A DNA stretch of 59,616 bases, counting the filler, from Nemertoderma westbladi (lineage: Eukaryota; Animalia; Xenacoelomorpha), in the NCBI GenBank assembly GCA_032718475.1. It is 3 parts of 3 records of this genome, joined end to end, with 100 filler letters (N's around TTAATTAATTAA, not from the genome) between each part and the next. Parts side by side here need not be neighbours in the genome. Positions count along the whole stretch, not along the records: positions 25,506 to 49,791 come from JAUCBJ010001249.1; positions 49,892 to 59,616 come from JAUCBJ010003969.1; 1 more part is not named here. The stretch is one strand, 5' to 3'. The position numbers and the translations under genes are program-made. Within the stretch, counting starts at the first letter, position 1. Every line of letters starts with the position of its first letter. Shown piece by piece: positions 48,757-59,616 of this stretch. The notes beneath the pieces were generated by a model, which saw only the letters and a program-made list of their open reading frames with translations, did not search any database and had not been told where the DNA came from.

Positions 48757-49791
48757 ATTTAATGATATTTGATACTGATTTATTATTCTATATGTACTGA
48801 TTATTGATTGTATTTACTGATTATTAGTTTATAAAAAATCAAAGAAAAAAAGTAGATTGGTATATAATCTACTAAAAAGTACACAATATAATTTTCATAA
48901 AAAATCGTAATGTTTTTTGATTTTCCGTTGCAGCATTGTTAAAAAGAGCATCGAATTAGGTTTACATAAATAAACGAGTGTCTTTAACACGGATTGGTTC
49001 CATTTTCACCCAAAGATGTACTTGATTTTGTGATATTTTTCGTCAAATTATTGGGGTTCCTAACGTTTAAATTGTCATTTTGGAATGATTAGGAAATTCA
49101 TATCCTATTTAAACAACTAATTGCAATTGCTAAAACATGCACCGCATACTAGGGGTATCTTCCACGCTAGAACAATGGAAATACTAGAGTTGTTCAACGT
49201 TATTGGTAACTTTGCAAATTAGGGCCTACCCAGAGAGAAATTCTCCAAAACTTTAACCAAAAAGTTTATTTGTTTATTAAAAACGGAGGTAACATAATTA
49301 AACAAAAATTTAAACCATAACAAGTGTTTAAACACTTATGGGCCTCCAATTGTGGGCTTAGTAATTTAATATTTATTAATGACTACTAAATTACTAAATT
49401 TGGCATTAACTACACAGTAGCCTTGCCAACTACTGTAATACGTCTCTGCCTGTTTGCCTCTACGGTGCATATAAAGGAAAACTAATTTACTGGGTTCTCT
49501 AATTGTGTTTTGACCAAATAATTAGTCTATAAATGAATGTCGATTGATATGATGATATGAATTAGTCTATGAATAAAGCTATGAATTCTCAGAAATTAAA
49601 CAAAAATACGCCAAAAAATATACCTACAGAAGTCTGTTGTAAGCAGGGGACAGTGGTGATTCACTCGCGAGGAAATCAACCAATCAACTCCCATACAAAA
49701 GCGATCCCGATGTATATCAGCACTTATAGCACTCATATTGGATCTTATTTTAACAAAAATTTATTAAAAAAACTTCATTTTTATTACAGTT

Positions 49792-49891
49792 NNNNNNNNN
49801 NNNNNNNNNNNNNNNNNNNNNNNNNNNNNNNNNNNTTAATTAATTAANNNNNNNNNNNNNNNNNNNNNNNNNNNNNNNNNNNNNNNNNNNN
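49792..49891. other. Assembly gap with TTAATTAATTAA stop-linker
   Basis: N-run, linker, N-run. Confidence 0.95.
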
Positions 49892-50010
49892 AAGTTATAT
49901 GGGAGAATGGTGGTATGGCTTTCCTCAATGGGACATACATAGACAAGTCCTGGTTTAGCTTGGTCATCCTATGTTTACATTTCATATATATAAATATATT
50001 ATATATATAT

Positions 50011-51838
50011 GTTTCATCTATTTACTACCGGTCTGATTTGTTTATTTCTCTATTTCAGTATTTGGTTTCATTTCCTGTATTATATTGGTCATTTGGTACT
50101 GTGCCGTATTTAGATAGGGTAGGGACTCACAGTACACTGCTGATGATGGAGCTGTGTTTCCCCGGGTACAGTGTTTAAATCCTGAAACCCTTTATTTTTA
50201 TCAAATTTAGTATGTAGACTTACCCCTTTCGGCGGACTAAATGTCCTGTATTTTCTAATATATAGGATAGTTATTCGTGCAGTTATTAAAGTGTTTATTT
50301 GTAGTTAGGTTTCATTTTTGATAGGAGACTGGATCACATTGTTTCTATATATATATTTCGCCAGTCAGGTTGTACTGTACCCATATTGTTTTCTTATATA
50401 TTTCTTGTGCAGTATGCCTCTTGTAGCCTATTGAAAGCTAGTTGCTTCCGTTACTCTAGTTCTGGGAGTTACTATTGGGTATCATTATTCTATCAGTGTT
50501 TGGGGGGGGGGGGGGGGGGGTGTCTGTATGGTCTTGGGGTTGTTATTTACTGCTGTATTCATACCATTATATAAAATATATATTATTAGACTGTGCAATA
50601 CAGCCATTATGGATTTATTTGTTATGCAGGTTAGATATAGTAGTTCACTATTTGGTCACTATTCTCATTTGGGTTCATTCTTATTTTGGTTTCATGTATT
50701 TTATTTAGCCTTTAGTGGTATCAGTTTTTGGGTTTCATCTATTTACTACCGGTCTGATTTGTTTATTTCTCTATTTCAGTATTTGGTTTCATTTCCTGTA
50801 TTATATTGGTCATTTGGTACTGTGCCGTATTTAGATAGGGTAGGGACTCACAGTACACTGCTGATGATGGAGCTGTGTTTCCCCGGGTACAGTGTTTAAA
50901 TCCTGAAACCCTTTATTTTTATCAAATTTAGTATGTAGACTTACCCCTTTCGGCGGACTAAATGTCCTGTATTTTCTAATATATAGGATAGTTATTCGTG
51001 CAGTTATTAAAGTGTTTATTTGTAGTTAGGTTTAATTTTTGATAGGAGACTGGATCACATTGTTTCTATATATATATTTCGCCAGTCAGGTTGTACTGTA
51101 CCCATATTGTTTTCTTATATATTTCTTGTGCAGTATGCCTCTTGTAGCCTATTGAAAGCTAGTTGCTTCCGTTACTCTAGTTCTGGGAGTTACTATTGGG
51201 TATCATTATTCTATCAGTGTTTGGGGGGGGGGGGGGGGGGGTGTCTGTATGGTCTTGGGGTTGTTATTTACTGCTGTATTCATACCATTATATAAAATAT
51301 CTATTATTAGACTGTGCAATACAGCCATTATGGATTTATTTGTTATGCAGGTTAGATAAGGTAGTTCACTATTTGGTCACTATTCTCATTTGGGTTCATT
51401 CTTATTTTGGTTTCATGTATTTTATTTAGCCTTTAGTGGTATCAGTTTTTGGGTTTCATCTATTTACTACCGGTCTGATTTGTTTATTTCTCTATTTCAG
51501 TATTTGGTTTCATTTCCTGTATTATATTGGTCATTTGGTACTGTGCCGTATTTAGATAGGGTAGGGACTCACAGTACACTGCTGATGATGGAGCTGTGTT
51601 TCCCCGGGTACAGTGTTTAAATCCTGAAACCCTTTATTTTTATCAAATTTAGTATGTAGACTTACCCCTTTCGGCGGACTAAATGTCCTGTATTTTCTAA
51701 TATATAGGATAGTTATTCGTGCAGTTATTAAAGTGTTTATTTGTAGTTAGGTTTAATTTTTGATAGGAGACTGGATCACATTGTTTCTATATATATATTT
51801 CGCCAGTCAGGTTGTACTGTACCCATATTGTTTTCTTA
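50011..51838 (+). repeat. 721-bp tandem repeat, about 2.5 near-identical copies, flanked by (AT)n; probable non-autonomous Penelope-like or retrozyme-like element
   Basis: GTTTCATCTATTTACTACCGG at 50011, 50732 and 51453; (AT)-rich runs at 49984-50010 and 51841-51870; CTGATGA...GAAA motif in each unit. Confidence 0.9.
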
Positions 51839-52989
51839 AATATATTATATATATATATATATTATATTATAAGTTTAAATTAAGTAAAGAAAGTTAGGGA
51901 ATATGACTAGGGTGTGAGATCAAGTTGTTTTAGTATAATAATATTTTAAGATTTCAAAAAGTGACAACTTATATGATCAATCACTAAAAATTTATTTTTT
52001 TATTATTAGCTTTCGATAGCTCTCTCTATCTTTTTCAAATAAACGATATTCTAGAATTATTGCACTACAGTGCAATAATTCTAGAATATTGTATATCGTA
52101 TATATTACAAAAGAACTAATAATGGGCCAAACTTCAAATTTTCAGGATTAATTTATATTTGTATAAGGAGTTAGTTTTGAGTTTTTCAATGCTTAAATAT
52201 TTTGTAGACCATTTTTAATTTTTGTAATTTTTGCTGATTTCGTACTTTTTAAACTGAACTAGCGACAACATTTTTTTCTGTTTTAAAAAAAATAACTGAC
52301 TAGAAGTACAAATGACACGTTAAATTATAAATTCAAACCATTGTTTTTATTTTATTTCAATGTTGGCAGTTTAAATTAAGGTTTTAAATTTGTCTTATTT
52401 TGAAATTTTCACTAATTTTTTACCAAATTCAAAGTGCTTTACTTCTTGGTCTACAAATTGGGCAAGTCATAATTCTTTGTATACTATTTAAAATGCTATC
52501 CATGTTTACTATAAACTTGTTTTTAGCAATGTCCCGGCATGTAGACCATAAATAATTTGAATTTAATTTGGACTGAATTTCCGGAATTGCCAACATTGAC
52601 CAGCCATAACTTCTGATTTCTGATTAAAATAAACAAAAATTTTCAGCGATTTATATTAACATTATTTGCAACATATAAAATAATTTTGAACCAAATCTCA
52701 GAGATAGTGCACCGACATTTGTCGATTTTGGCTGGAATGACTCAAGAACTTGTACCTGGCAAATAAAGTATTCGAATTTTTGATGTTGTCGCAGGATGCC
52801 AAGTATGTTGGGAAAATTCACACCCAGGAACAGTTAGTCATGTACACCGTGGATAACTCGAAATTTAGCTGCATTCTTCGCGCGGGAAGGGGGTGCAGAT
52901 AAGTAAGGTTACTTCTGTTATAAGCATTTATACTCCTTCAACTGAGATCATACAATTTAGCAACTTATGCAGACCTTGGGGCAGATTCA

Positions 52990-53938
52990 GGTAAGAGTGA
53001 TTGGTTGAAATTTACTGATTTACTGACTTATTTACAAGAATTTGTACGGTCGGAGATTGTAACGCTTCTTGGTGAGACCGATGCAAGTTCGTTTAACGAT
53101 GGCAGTTACAGCAAACTTCACAGGTCTACAACTAAACCATTGGCGGATTTCGAGATAAATATCCATAAACCTTTATATTTCGATCCTGGAAGCTATTCTA
53201 CTGTAGAGTTGATGATTGATCATATATTAGTAGAAACAAACATTACAACAGAATTAGAGACTCAACACCGAAGGCACGTTAATTTTGAAATGGATGGAAG
53301 TCCCTTTGGTTTGGTCTTTAAGTCTAATGCACGAGCAACATCCTGAATGGAGCGACTACCTCCTATTAATGCCTGGCCTTGGTCACATTGAGCATAACAT
53401 GTTAAAAAGCGTTGGAAACTTTGGTTGGAATATCATATTCCAACACTTTGCACTAACAAATGGCTTCACAAGTCATAAAGCATTGCTATTTTTTAAATCA
53501 ATGAATGATCACTATGATCGCTATGAGTCTCTAGATATAATTTTGCATGGACTAGCTCGCGAGTTATTACGCCCATTTATTAATGATGAATTAGCTAAAG
53601 ATAATAACTATACACTTGAAGCTTTAAACAAATTTCTTTCAGTGTCAAAGGATATGACATACAAATGTTTATTTAGTTTCACTTTCACTGTCCTTCTATC
53701 AATAAAGGTCATGCGTATAGGGACAAGGAATGGTGATTTCGACTTGATAGGTGCAGCTATGTATAAATTCTCTCCAGTTTTTTTTCACTCGGCGCAACTA
53801 TACTTATCAACGTATAACGGCTTATTACTTATCTTCACTAATTAGATTGGATGAGAAGTTTGTAAATTTCTTGAAGGAACAAGTCTCCTTGGATAGAACA
53901 GGCCGCGGAAAGGGACAAGGGCTAGAGATTATCTGTTA
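52990..53938 (+). pseudogene. Frameshifted DDE transposase fragment (Chapaev/Academ-like)
   Basis: EMDGSPF, PGLGHIEHNMLK..GW, NDH, G.RNGD, NYTYQ, SLDRTG..GQG motifs; superfamily call tentative. Confidence 0.55.
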
Positions 53939-54751
53939 GAAGCGCTTGTCCTCTGGGCTATCATAAATTACACCACACGTTGCGCATTTACGATCCGTCA
54001 CTAACTCTCGCTGAGGCATTTCTCCTACTTCCTTTTCCGGGGAAAGATTATCAAGATGTTGTAATTCTGGTGTACCGCCACTGCTGCTGCTTGATGCGGT
54101 TGATGTGTCAGGGGAAGTTACCGGTATGGTGCCATTCTCGAGTGATTTTACTATTTCTTGCAACTTTTGGCAATCTTTGTTGCTCCCCTTACCGCTTAGT
54201 ACTTCCAGTGTACTTTCATTGGAGTTCTTACGGTTCTGTCTCACTAAAACCGTTATCATCCCATCGCCCACGGGAGAAAGTGCAGTAAACCATTCTATTC
54301 GCTTATCCTACACAGATTTAAATTTTGACACGAACTGATGGAGCCGTTGATTTTCAAATTTTCCCATTGGCATTTTGCCAACATGATGATGCTCCGATTG
54401 ACCAATATTACTGGATTTAGAGCCAATTCTATTTTCTTTACATGTAGATCGTTCTTGATTTACTCTACATCTCAATTTGGATAAATATTCTTTCTCCTTT
54501 TTATCCCCAATCTTCCGTACTTCCGCGTCGGATAGTTTTTGTATGGTGTGTAACTTCCAGGCCGGAATTAGAACTTCATCGTTGTCAGTATCATCAATTT
54601 CTCAAGGTGGTTCCAGTACTATTGATTCCGGTACAACATTTAGAATTTTGACAATTGCCCCTGTTAATGTTAATGTTAATGCTCGGGAATTACCCTCCTC
54701 GTGACTTTCTCCGACTCCAACAATAACCTCCAATGAATCCATATCCTCCAT
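53936..54751 (-). pseudogene. Degraded ORF ending in a truncated CxxC (PHD-like) motif
   Basis: MEDMDSLEV... with stops and frameshifts, ending CATCGVIYDSPEDKRF exactly where the opposite-strand transposase fragment ends. Confidence 0.35.
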
Positions 54752-54807
54752 ATCTACTAAAATTCAGTACCGGTTTGAAGTACCTAACCTACCGTTTGGC
54801 CGTAGGT

Positions 54808-57800
54808 TAGACTGTCCCAAAAAAACAAAAAATTTTAATTTCTTCACTCTCACCCAGAAATGTGTTGCTCCTTCATAAAATAACATGCCATGCAAAATTT
54901 GAGCACTTTTGAAGATAGTTTAGAGGTCCCCCAACTCATGTTTATGTTTGCTTAGTCTACCAAAGGGGCCAGTTCTTTCGCGAAAGGGCGGTTTTTTTGT
55001 TTTGCCATTTTTTATAGTCGTATGAAGGTCTTGTTAGGATCATTAGAACCGCAATCATCGGTTTAGTGGGTGTAGACACCATTTATATGCACAGGGCAGG
55101 TCATGAACAACAAATATTACACTTTTCAATTTTTTTATCAAATATATATTACTCAAATTCCGAATAATCGCAATCATCGATTTACTGATTTAGTGGGGGC
55201 AGACGGCTAGACATACATCAGAATGTTGAGAGAAGGTCCACTACCGGTAATTACTTTCACTTTGGTTTTCTTACCTAATCAGCATGTCTGCTACTAATGT
55301 ACTGTAAATCCATAAGTCAGGTCGTTTCTAGCCTGTCTCGCATTGTGTCAATTCTATATACCGGTAGGTACAGCATCGTATTAATGTGGTAGGCCTACAA
55401 TCCTACATAATTCAATATAGCCTCGTTTTCATTTAAATGGAGACAAGAAGAGAAGATTATATATGGCTCATTGGTCACCCTCTAGGAGATATCACAGGTT
55501 CCTCTTTGCCAACTGTGGGAGTGATGATTAGAAACTTTTTGTTCCATCATAGAAAAAACAAACAAAATATTCGTACAAGTGCTGATTTGGTATATGGACA
55601 AATTATGCCATTCTGGCGAAAGTCAGCTATTCCAACACAGACCAAGCATAAAATTATCCAAAAAATTGAGAAATTATATTCGAAATATAGTGCGTTGGTT
55701 AAGCATAAAAAGAGAAGCAATGCAACTGATAAGATTAATCAGAACAACTTTGTTGAAGGGCTTGAGAAACTATTTGATGTAAGCAGTGCTGATGCTGAAA
55801 AGGTTATAAATGAAGAGAAGAGGAAGTCCCTACAGATGCAGAGATAGCATGGTAAGGGTGCGTTGGGGCCAGTTGACCGAAGCCTGTTTGATCAAGCAGA
55901 ATAACAAAGGTGAGAGAAGTGAGAAACGGAAGAGATACGAAGAAACTCAAATAACAAGGTTAAACATAGAGGCTGATACAAATTCAAGCACTGACACTGA
56001 TATAGATGGGTCACATTATTCGATTAATGAATCTGATTCAGAGTATATCCCACCTAAACATCTTATAAGTGAACCTTCACATCCAACTCCAAGAAGAATT
56101 TTATCTGGAAAAACTTGTAGCACACTCGACAGAACAAACACAAGCATGCGAAAGTCTGCTATGATTATGGCCTCAACACTAAATCAGGCTGGATGCTCCT
56201 CAACTTCTGGTGTGGTGCTATCCAAAAGCACAATTCATTGCCATAGACGACATGAACTCGTAATTGCCGGTGAGAGAATTAAAAATTCATTTCAGGCAAC
56301 AATATATGTTATCCACTTCGATGGAAAGCTGACGGATGATTTAGAGCCAGGTAAGACCTGCAAGGTGGAGAAAATTGCAGTGGCAGCTACATCCATTGCA
56401 ACAGGTAGTAAGAAGTTGTTGGGTGTACCAAAGGTTTTTTCAGGGACGGGTTCTGCTGCAGCTAATGCCCTTAATATCTTGGTGCATTCTTGGAACCTAC
56501 ATGATGAAATTGTAGGAATATGCTTTGACACAACCAACATTAATACTGGGCGTGAAAGAGGTGCATGTACCTATCTGGAGGAATATATTTGAAGTTTTAC
56601 TGTGTGATGTATTTGCTGAGTGCTTGGGACCATCATCAGGACCAGAAATTCAAATTTTTAAAAGATTTAAAGAGTGCTGGCCCCAATTGAATGTTGGTAT
56701 TGCCTCCATGATCTTACCAATTGCTTATGTCACTGATGAATTAAAACAATTTATTGAATTTTAGCTTGGCCTGGAGTATCCTAGAGGAGATTATCTTGAA
56801 CTGCTTCAGCTTTCTGCTATTATGGTCGGCCTTAAACATGACAAAATTAGATCTCTCAGAAAGTCTGGAGCATCCCACAGAGCCAGGTGGATGGCAAAGG
56901 CTATTTATGCTCTTAAGATAGAGTTATGTTACAATAAGGGCAACGAGTTAGTCCTTGGTCTGACTTCAGCTCAACTATAAGGTATTCAACGATTTAACCA
57001 ATTTGTGTTAACTGTCTATATTCAATCATGGTTTACTGCTGGGCTTATAACTGATGCTGCAGTCAATGACATATGCCTCATAAAAAGATTGAAAGACTTG
57101 ATGATGTTGCTATTAAAGAAGTGGGCATTCGGATGATTAAACGTCATTCATGGTACCTTGCTCCACAATTAGCAACATTGTGTTTGTTTTCTAACAAGGT
57201 GTCAATAGATCAGAAACAGATACTCGCTGAATCTTTTAAACCTGATGATGTTTCACAGTCTCAATACCGTCTATGTGATAATCCAAGTGCAATTCAATTG
57301 CCTGAAAGAGTAAGTGACCTCTCAATATCTAAAAGTTATTTTGATATAATAAAAACAGATCACGACTTCATCAAGGAGCCTGCATGTAACTGGTATGGCC
57401 TAAAATCCTACCAAACAAATAAGGAACCGGCAGGAAATCTCCCCTGCGTCAACGACTTGGCAGAGCAATATATCAAGATGATGTCTGATTACAACCACGC
57501 TTCTATCAATGAGAATCAAAAACAACTCCAACTTCAGATGGTCGAGGAACATCGTAAAAACTTTAGAAGCAGTAATCGTAAGGATCTAGCTAGATGCTAA
57601 TCTATTTCTTATTTCTATTCGGTTACATTTAGACCTACATTTATTGAAATTTACAGCGAAGCTGTAAATTTGCAGGGAAGTTTTTGAGACGGCTCATTAG
57701 TTGTAGTTAGTTGATTATATGGAATTTAGCTAATATTTGATAAAAAAAATTAAAAAGTGTAATATTTTTGTTCATGACCTGCCCTGTGCATGTAAATGGT

Positions 57801-58035
57801 GTCTACCCCCACTAAACCGATGATTGCGGTTCTAATGTTCCTAACAAGACCTTCATACGCCTAATGAATGACCAGCCCCTTTGGTAGACTTAGCAAACAT
57901 AAACATGAGTTGGGGGACCTCTAAACTATGTTCAAAAGTGCTCAAATTTTGCATGGCATGTTATTTTATGAAGGAGCAACACATTTTTGGGTGAGAGTGA
58001 AGAAATTCAAAAATTTAGTTTTTTGGGACAGTCTA
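54808..58035 (+). mobile_element. Full-length hAT (hATm-like) DNA transposon with long TIRs
   Basis: TAGACTGTCCCAAAA...TTTTGGGACAGTCTA termini; inverted similarity for about 300 bp; perfect 8-bp TSD CCGTAGGT (54800-07, 58036-43). Confidence 0.93.
55437..57600 (+). pseudogene. hATm-like transposase, frameshifted and internally deleted
   Basis: HFDGK, KLLGVP, FDTTNINTG..GAC, YPRGDYLEL, HRARWMAKAIY, HSWYL, VNDLAE. Confidence 0.85.
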
Positions 58036-58474
58036 CCGTAGGTACTTACTGAGATTGCTGGATTGGGAAAGTTAACTATTTCAAAATTGCCTGATCGGGA
58101 AATATTGTAATTGCCAGATCGGGAAATAACAAAGTGTTAAGGTTAGGCTGAATTATTAAAAATCTGAACAATTATTTTTCTTCAAAGTAAAATAATACAA
58201 TAAAGTAAATCCTGATCGTTCCGCTAGATGTCGTGTAAAGCTGCGCAAAATAGTTACTGAATGCGCAAGTGTAAAAATGCTCAAACTTTCTCGATCAGGA
58301 AAGGATACTTGCCTGATCGGGCCATTTTACCATATTTCCCGATCGGGGCATTAAGTAAAAGCATTAAAAGTGCAAGTCAATCAACAGCTTGGTTTAGTAA
58401 AAAGTTAGCAAGTTAATGCTGTAATGTTATACAGTTGGGTATTCTCAGTGAGATTTCGCTGCTTTGTGCAACCA

Positions 58475-58672
58475 GGATGTAGGACAATTCGGTCCCGGAC
58501 AATTCGGTCCGGACAATTCAGTCCCGGACAATTCTGTCCCGGACAATTCGGTCCCAAAACTCTAAATAAATGGGACCGAATTGTCCGGGACCGAATTGTC
58601 CTAGGACCGAATTGTCCTAGGACCGAATTGTCCTAGGACCGAATTGTCCTAGGACCGAATTGTCCTGCTTCC
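58475..58672. mobile_element. Mutator-type foldback MITE built from 14-16-bp repeats
   Basis: GGACAATTCGGTCC repeats inverted against GGACCGAATTGTCC repeats; 9-bp TSD GTGCAACCA (58466-74, 58673-81). Confidence 0.9.
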
Positions 58673-59616
58673 GTGCAACCAAATCTCGCTGCACACTTCC
58701 TCAAAATGGTTGCCTGGTTGCCTTTGAGATATATGGACTTCAAAGATTGCCCGACTTGCTACTCAAGATCTGCTCTCTAGACATGCCTTCTGGGATATGA
58801 GTGGCATCTTTCTCAGTTGCAATTGCCTAACTATACCAAAGTTCTGGCGATGTTTAGTTCTGTAGGTACTGTACCTATCTACAGGCCACCAAACCCCAAA
58901 TGGCCACCGGGCTTTATAGTCAGATTGAATATAATGGGATCTATAAAGCTGTAACTCTTACATATGGCAGCAAGAAAGTGTTCGGTTGGGTTCACTGAAG
59001 TTGCAGGGTATTTTTTATGTTATGTTGTTATTATTATCGCATAACAACAATAAAGCATTAATTTGCAGATGTACAGTAGAGTATCAGAAATTGAATACGG
59101 CAAAGTACGCCAATATAAGCGTGTATGTACTGATGATAATGTCCGTTTTCAAATATGTTTGTTTGGGTAGGGGAAGTAAGGCAGTGAGGGGTGCATTTTC
59201 TAATATCAAATTCAACTCAACTTGTCCAACATACATTTTTAATGAAAAATCGCGTGAAATTAAAATGGTGGAAGTGTGCCGCCCATGTGGTTCAAAGAAA
59301 GTTGAAAGATTCACAAAATTCCAAAAACAGTTAATGGCAGAACTGTGCCGACAGGACGTGCCAACTCGTTAATGACAACGTTATGATAAGGCTACAGGCT
59401 ACACTCACTTCGTCGCTCGCCCCACACCATCGCCTGGAATGTACTGTAGTGTCTTATTAATTCAATGACCCCTCCTCCCCCTTCCCACTTATTATACAAT
59501 TCGGCTTAATGAGATCGCATGAAATTTGAAACAGAGATAATTTCACATGTATGTATGATATACATTAATATATAAACCTATATGTATGGCATGTTATATA
59601 TACAGAGGGAATTGAC

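Noticed and set aside
50140-50190. SECIS element reading of ATGAT...TGAA
   Set aside because: Helix II pairs poorly in SECIS register, there is no apical AA, and no upstream UGA-containing ORF
49915-51620. Repeated hydrophobic ORFs in the 721-bp array
   Set aside because: T-rich compositional artefact; no domain similarity recognised
51908-52743. Possible Sola-like terminus (GAGTCATTCCAG on the minus strand)
   Set aside because: Only one end visible, no matching TIR or TSD
58986-59372. 128-aa ORF near the window end
   Set aside because: Non-ATG start and no recognisable domain; cannot be supported

Overview
AT-rich, repeat-dense eukaryotic DNA, most likely an invertebrate animal (species cannot be told from the sequence). 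It falls into three segments joined by 100-bp N-gaps carrying an artificial TTAATTAATTAA stop-linker (25406-25505, 49792-49891). Two host-type genes are visible, both on the minus strand of the middle segment. (1) A spliced multi-domain beta/gamma-crystallin gene, reconstructed from five in-phase GT-AG exons (43754 to 30194). Its 5' exon is missing and a 10.3-kb intron is filled by BEL/Pao LTR remnants. (2) An intact, intronless 345-aa EgtD/EasF-family (Methyltransf_33) SAM methyltransferase (47719-48756) whose histidine-binding residues appear replaced. The rest is mostly mobile DNA: a near-intact Tc1 (DD34E, one nonsense codon); a complete decayed hAT with 8-bp TSD; nested Harbinger/piggyBac MITEs; a Mutator MITE; a Ty3/gypsy 5' half; four co-oriented CRE-clade non-LTR remnants, one near full length with an N-terminal Ulp1-like protease; integrase-core and HECT fragments; several minisatellites; and hammerhead-ribozyme-like motifs, in a palindrome at 16.1-16.3 kb and in a 721-bp tandem repeat flanked by (AT)n. 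All family assignments come from by-eye motif recognition; no searches were run.
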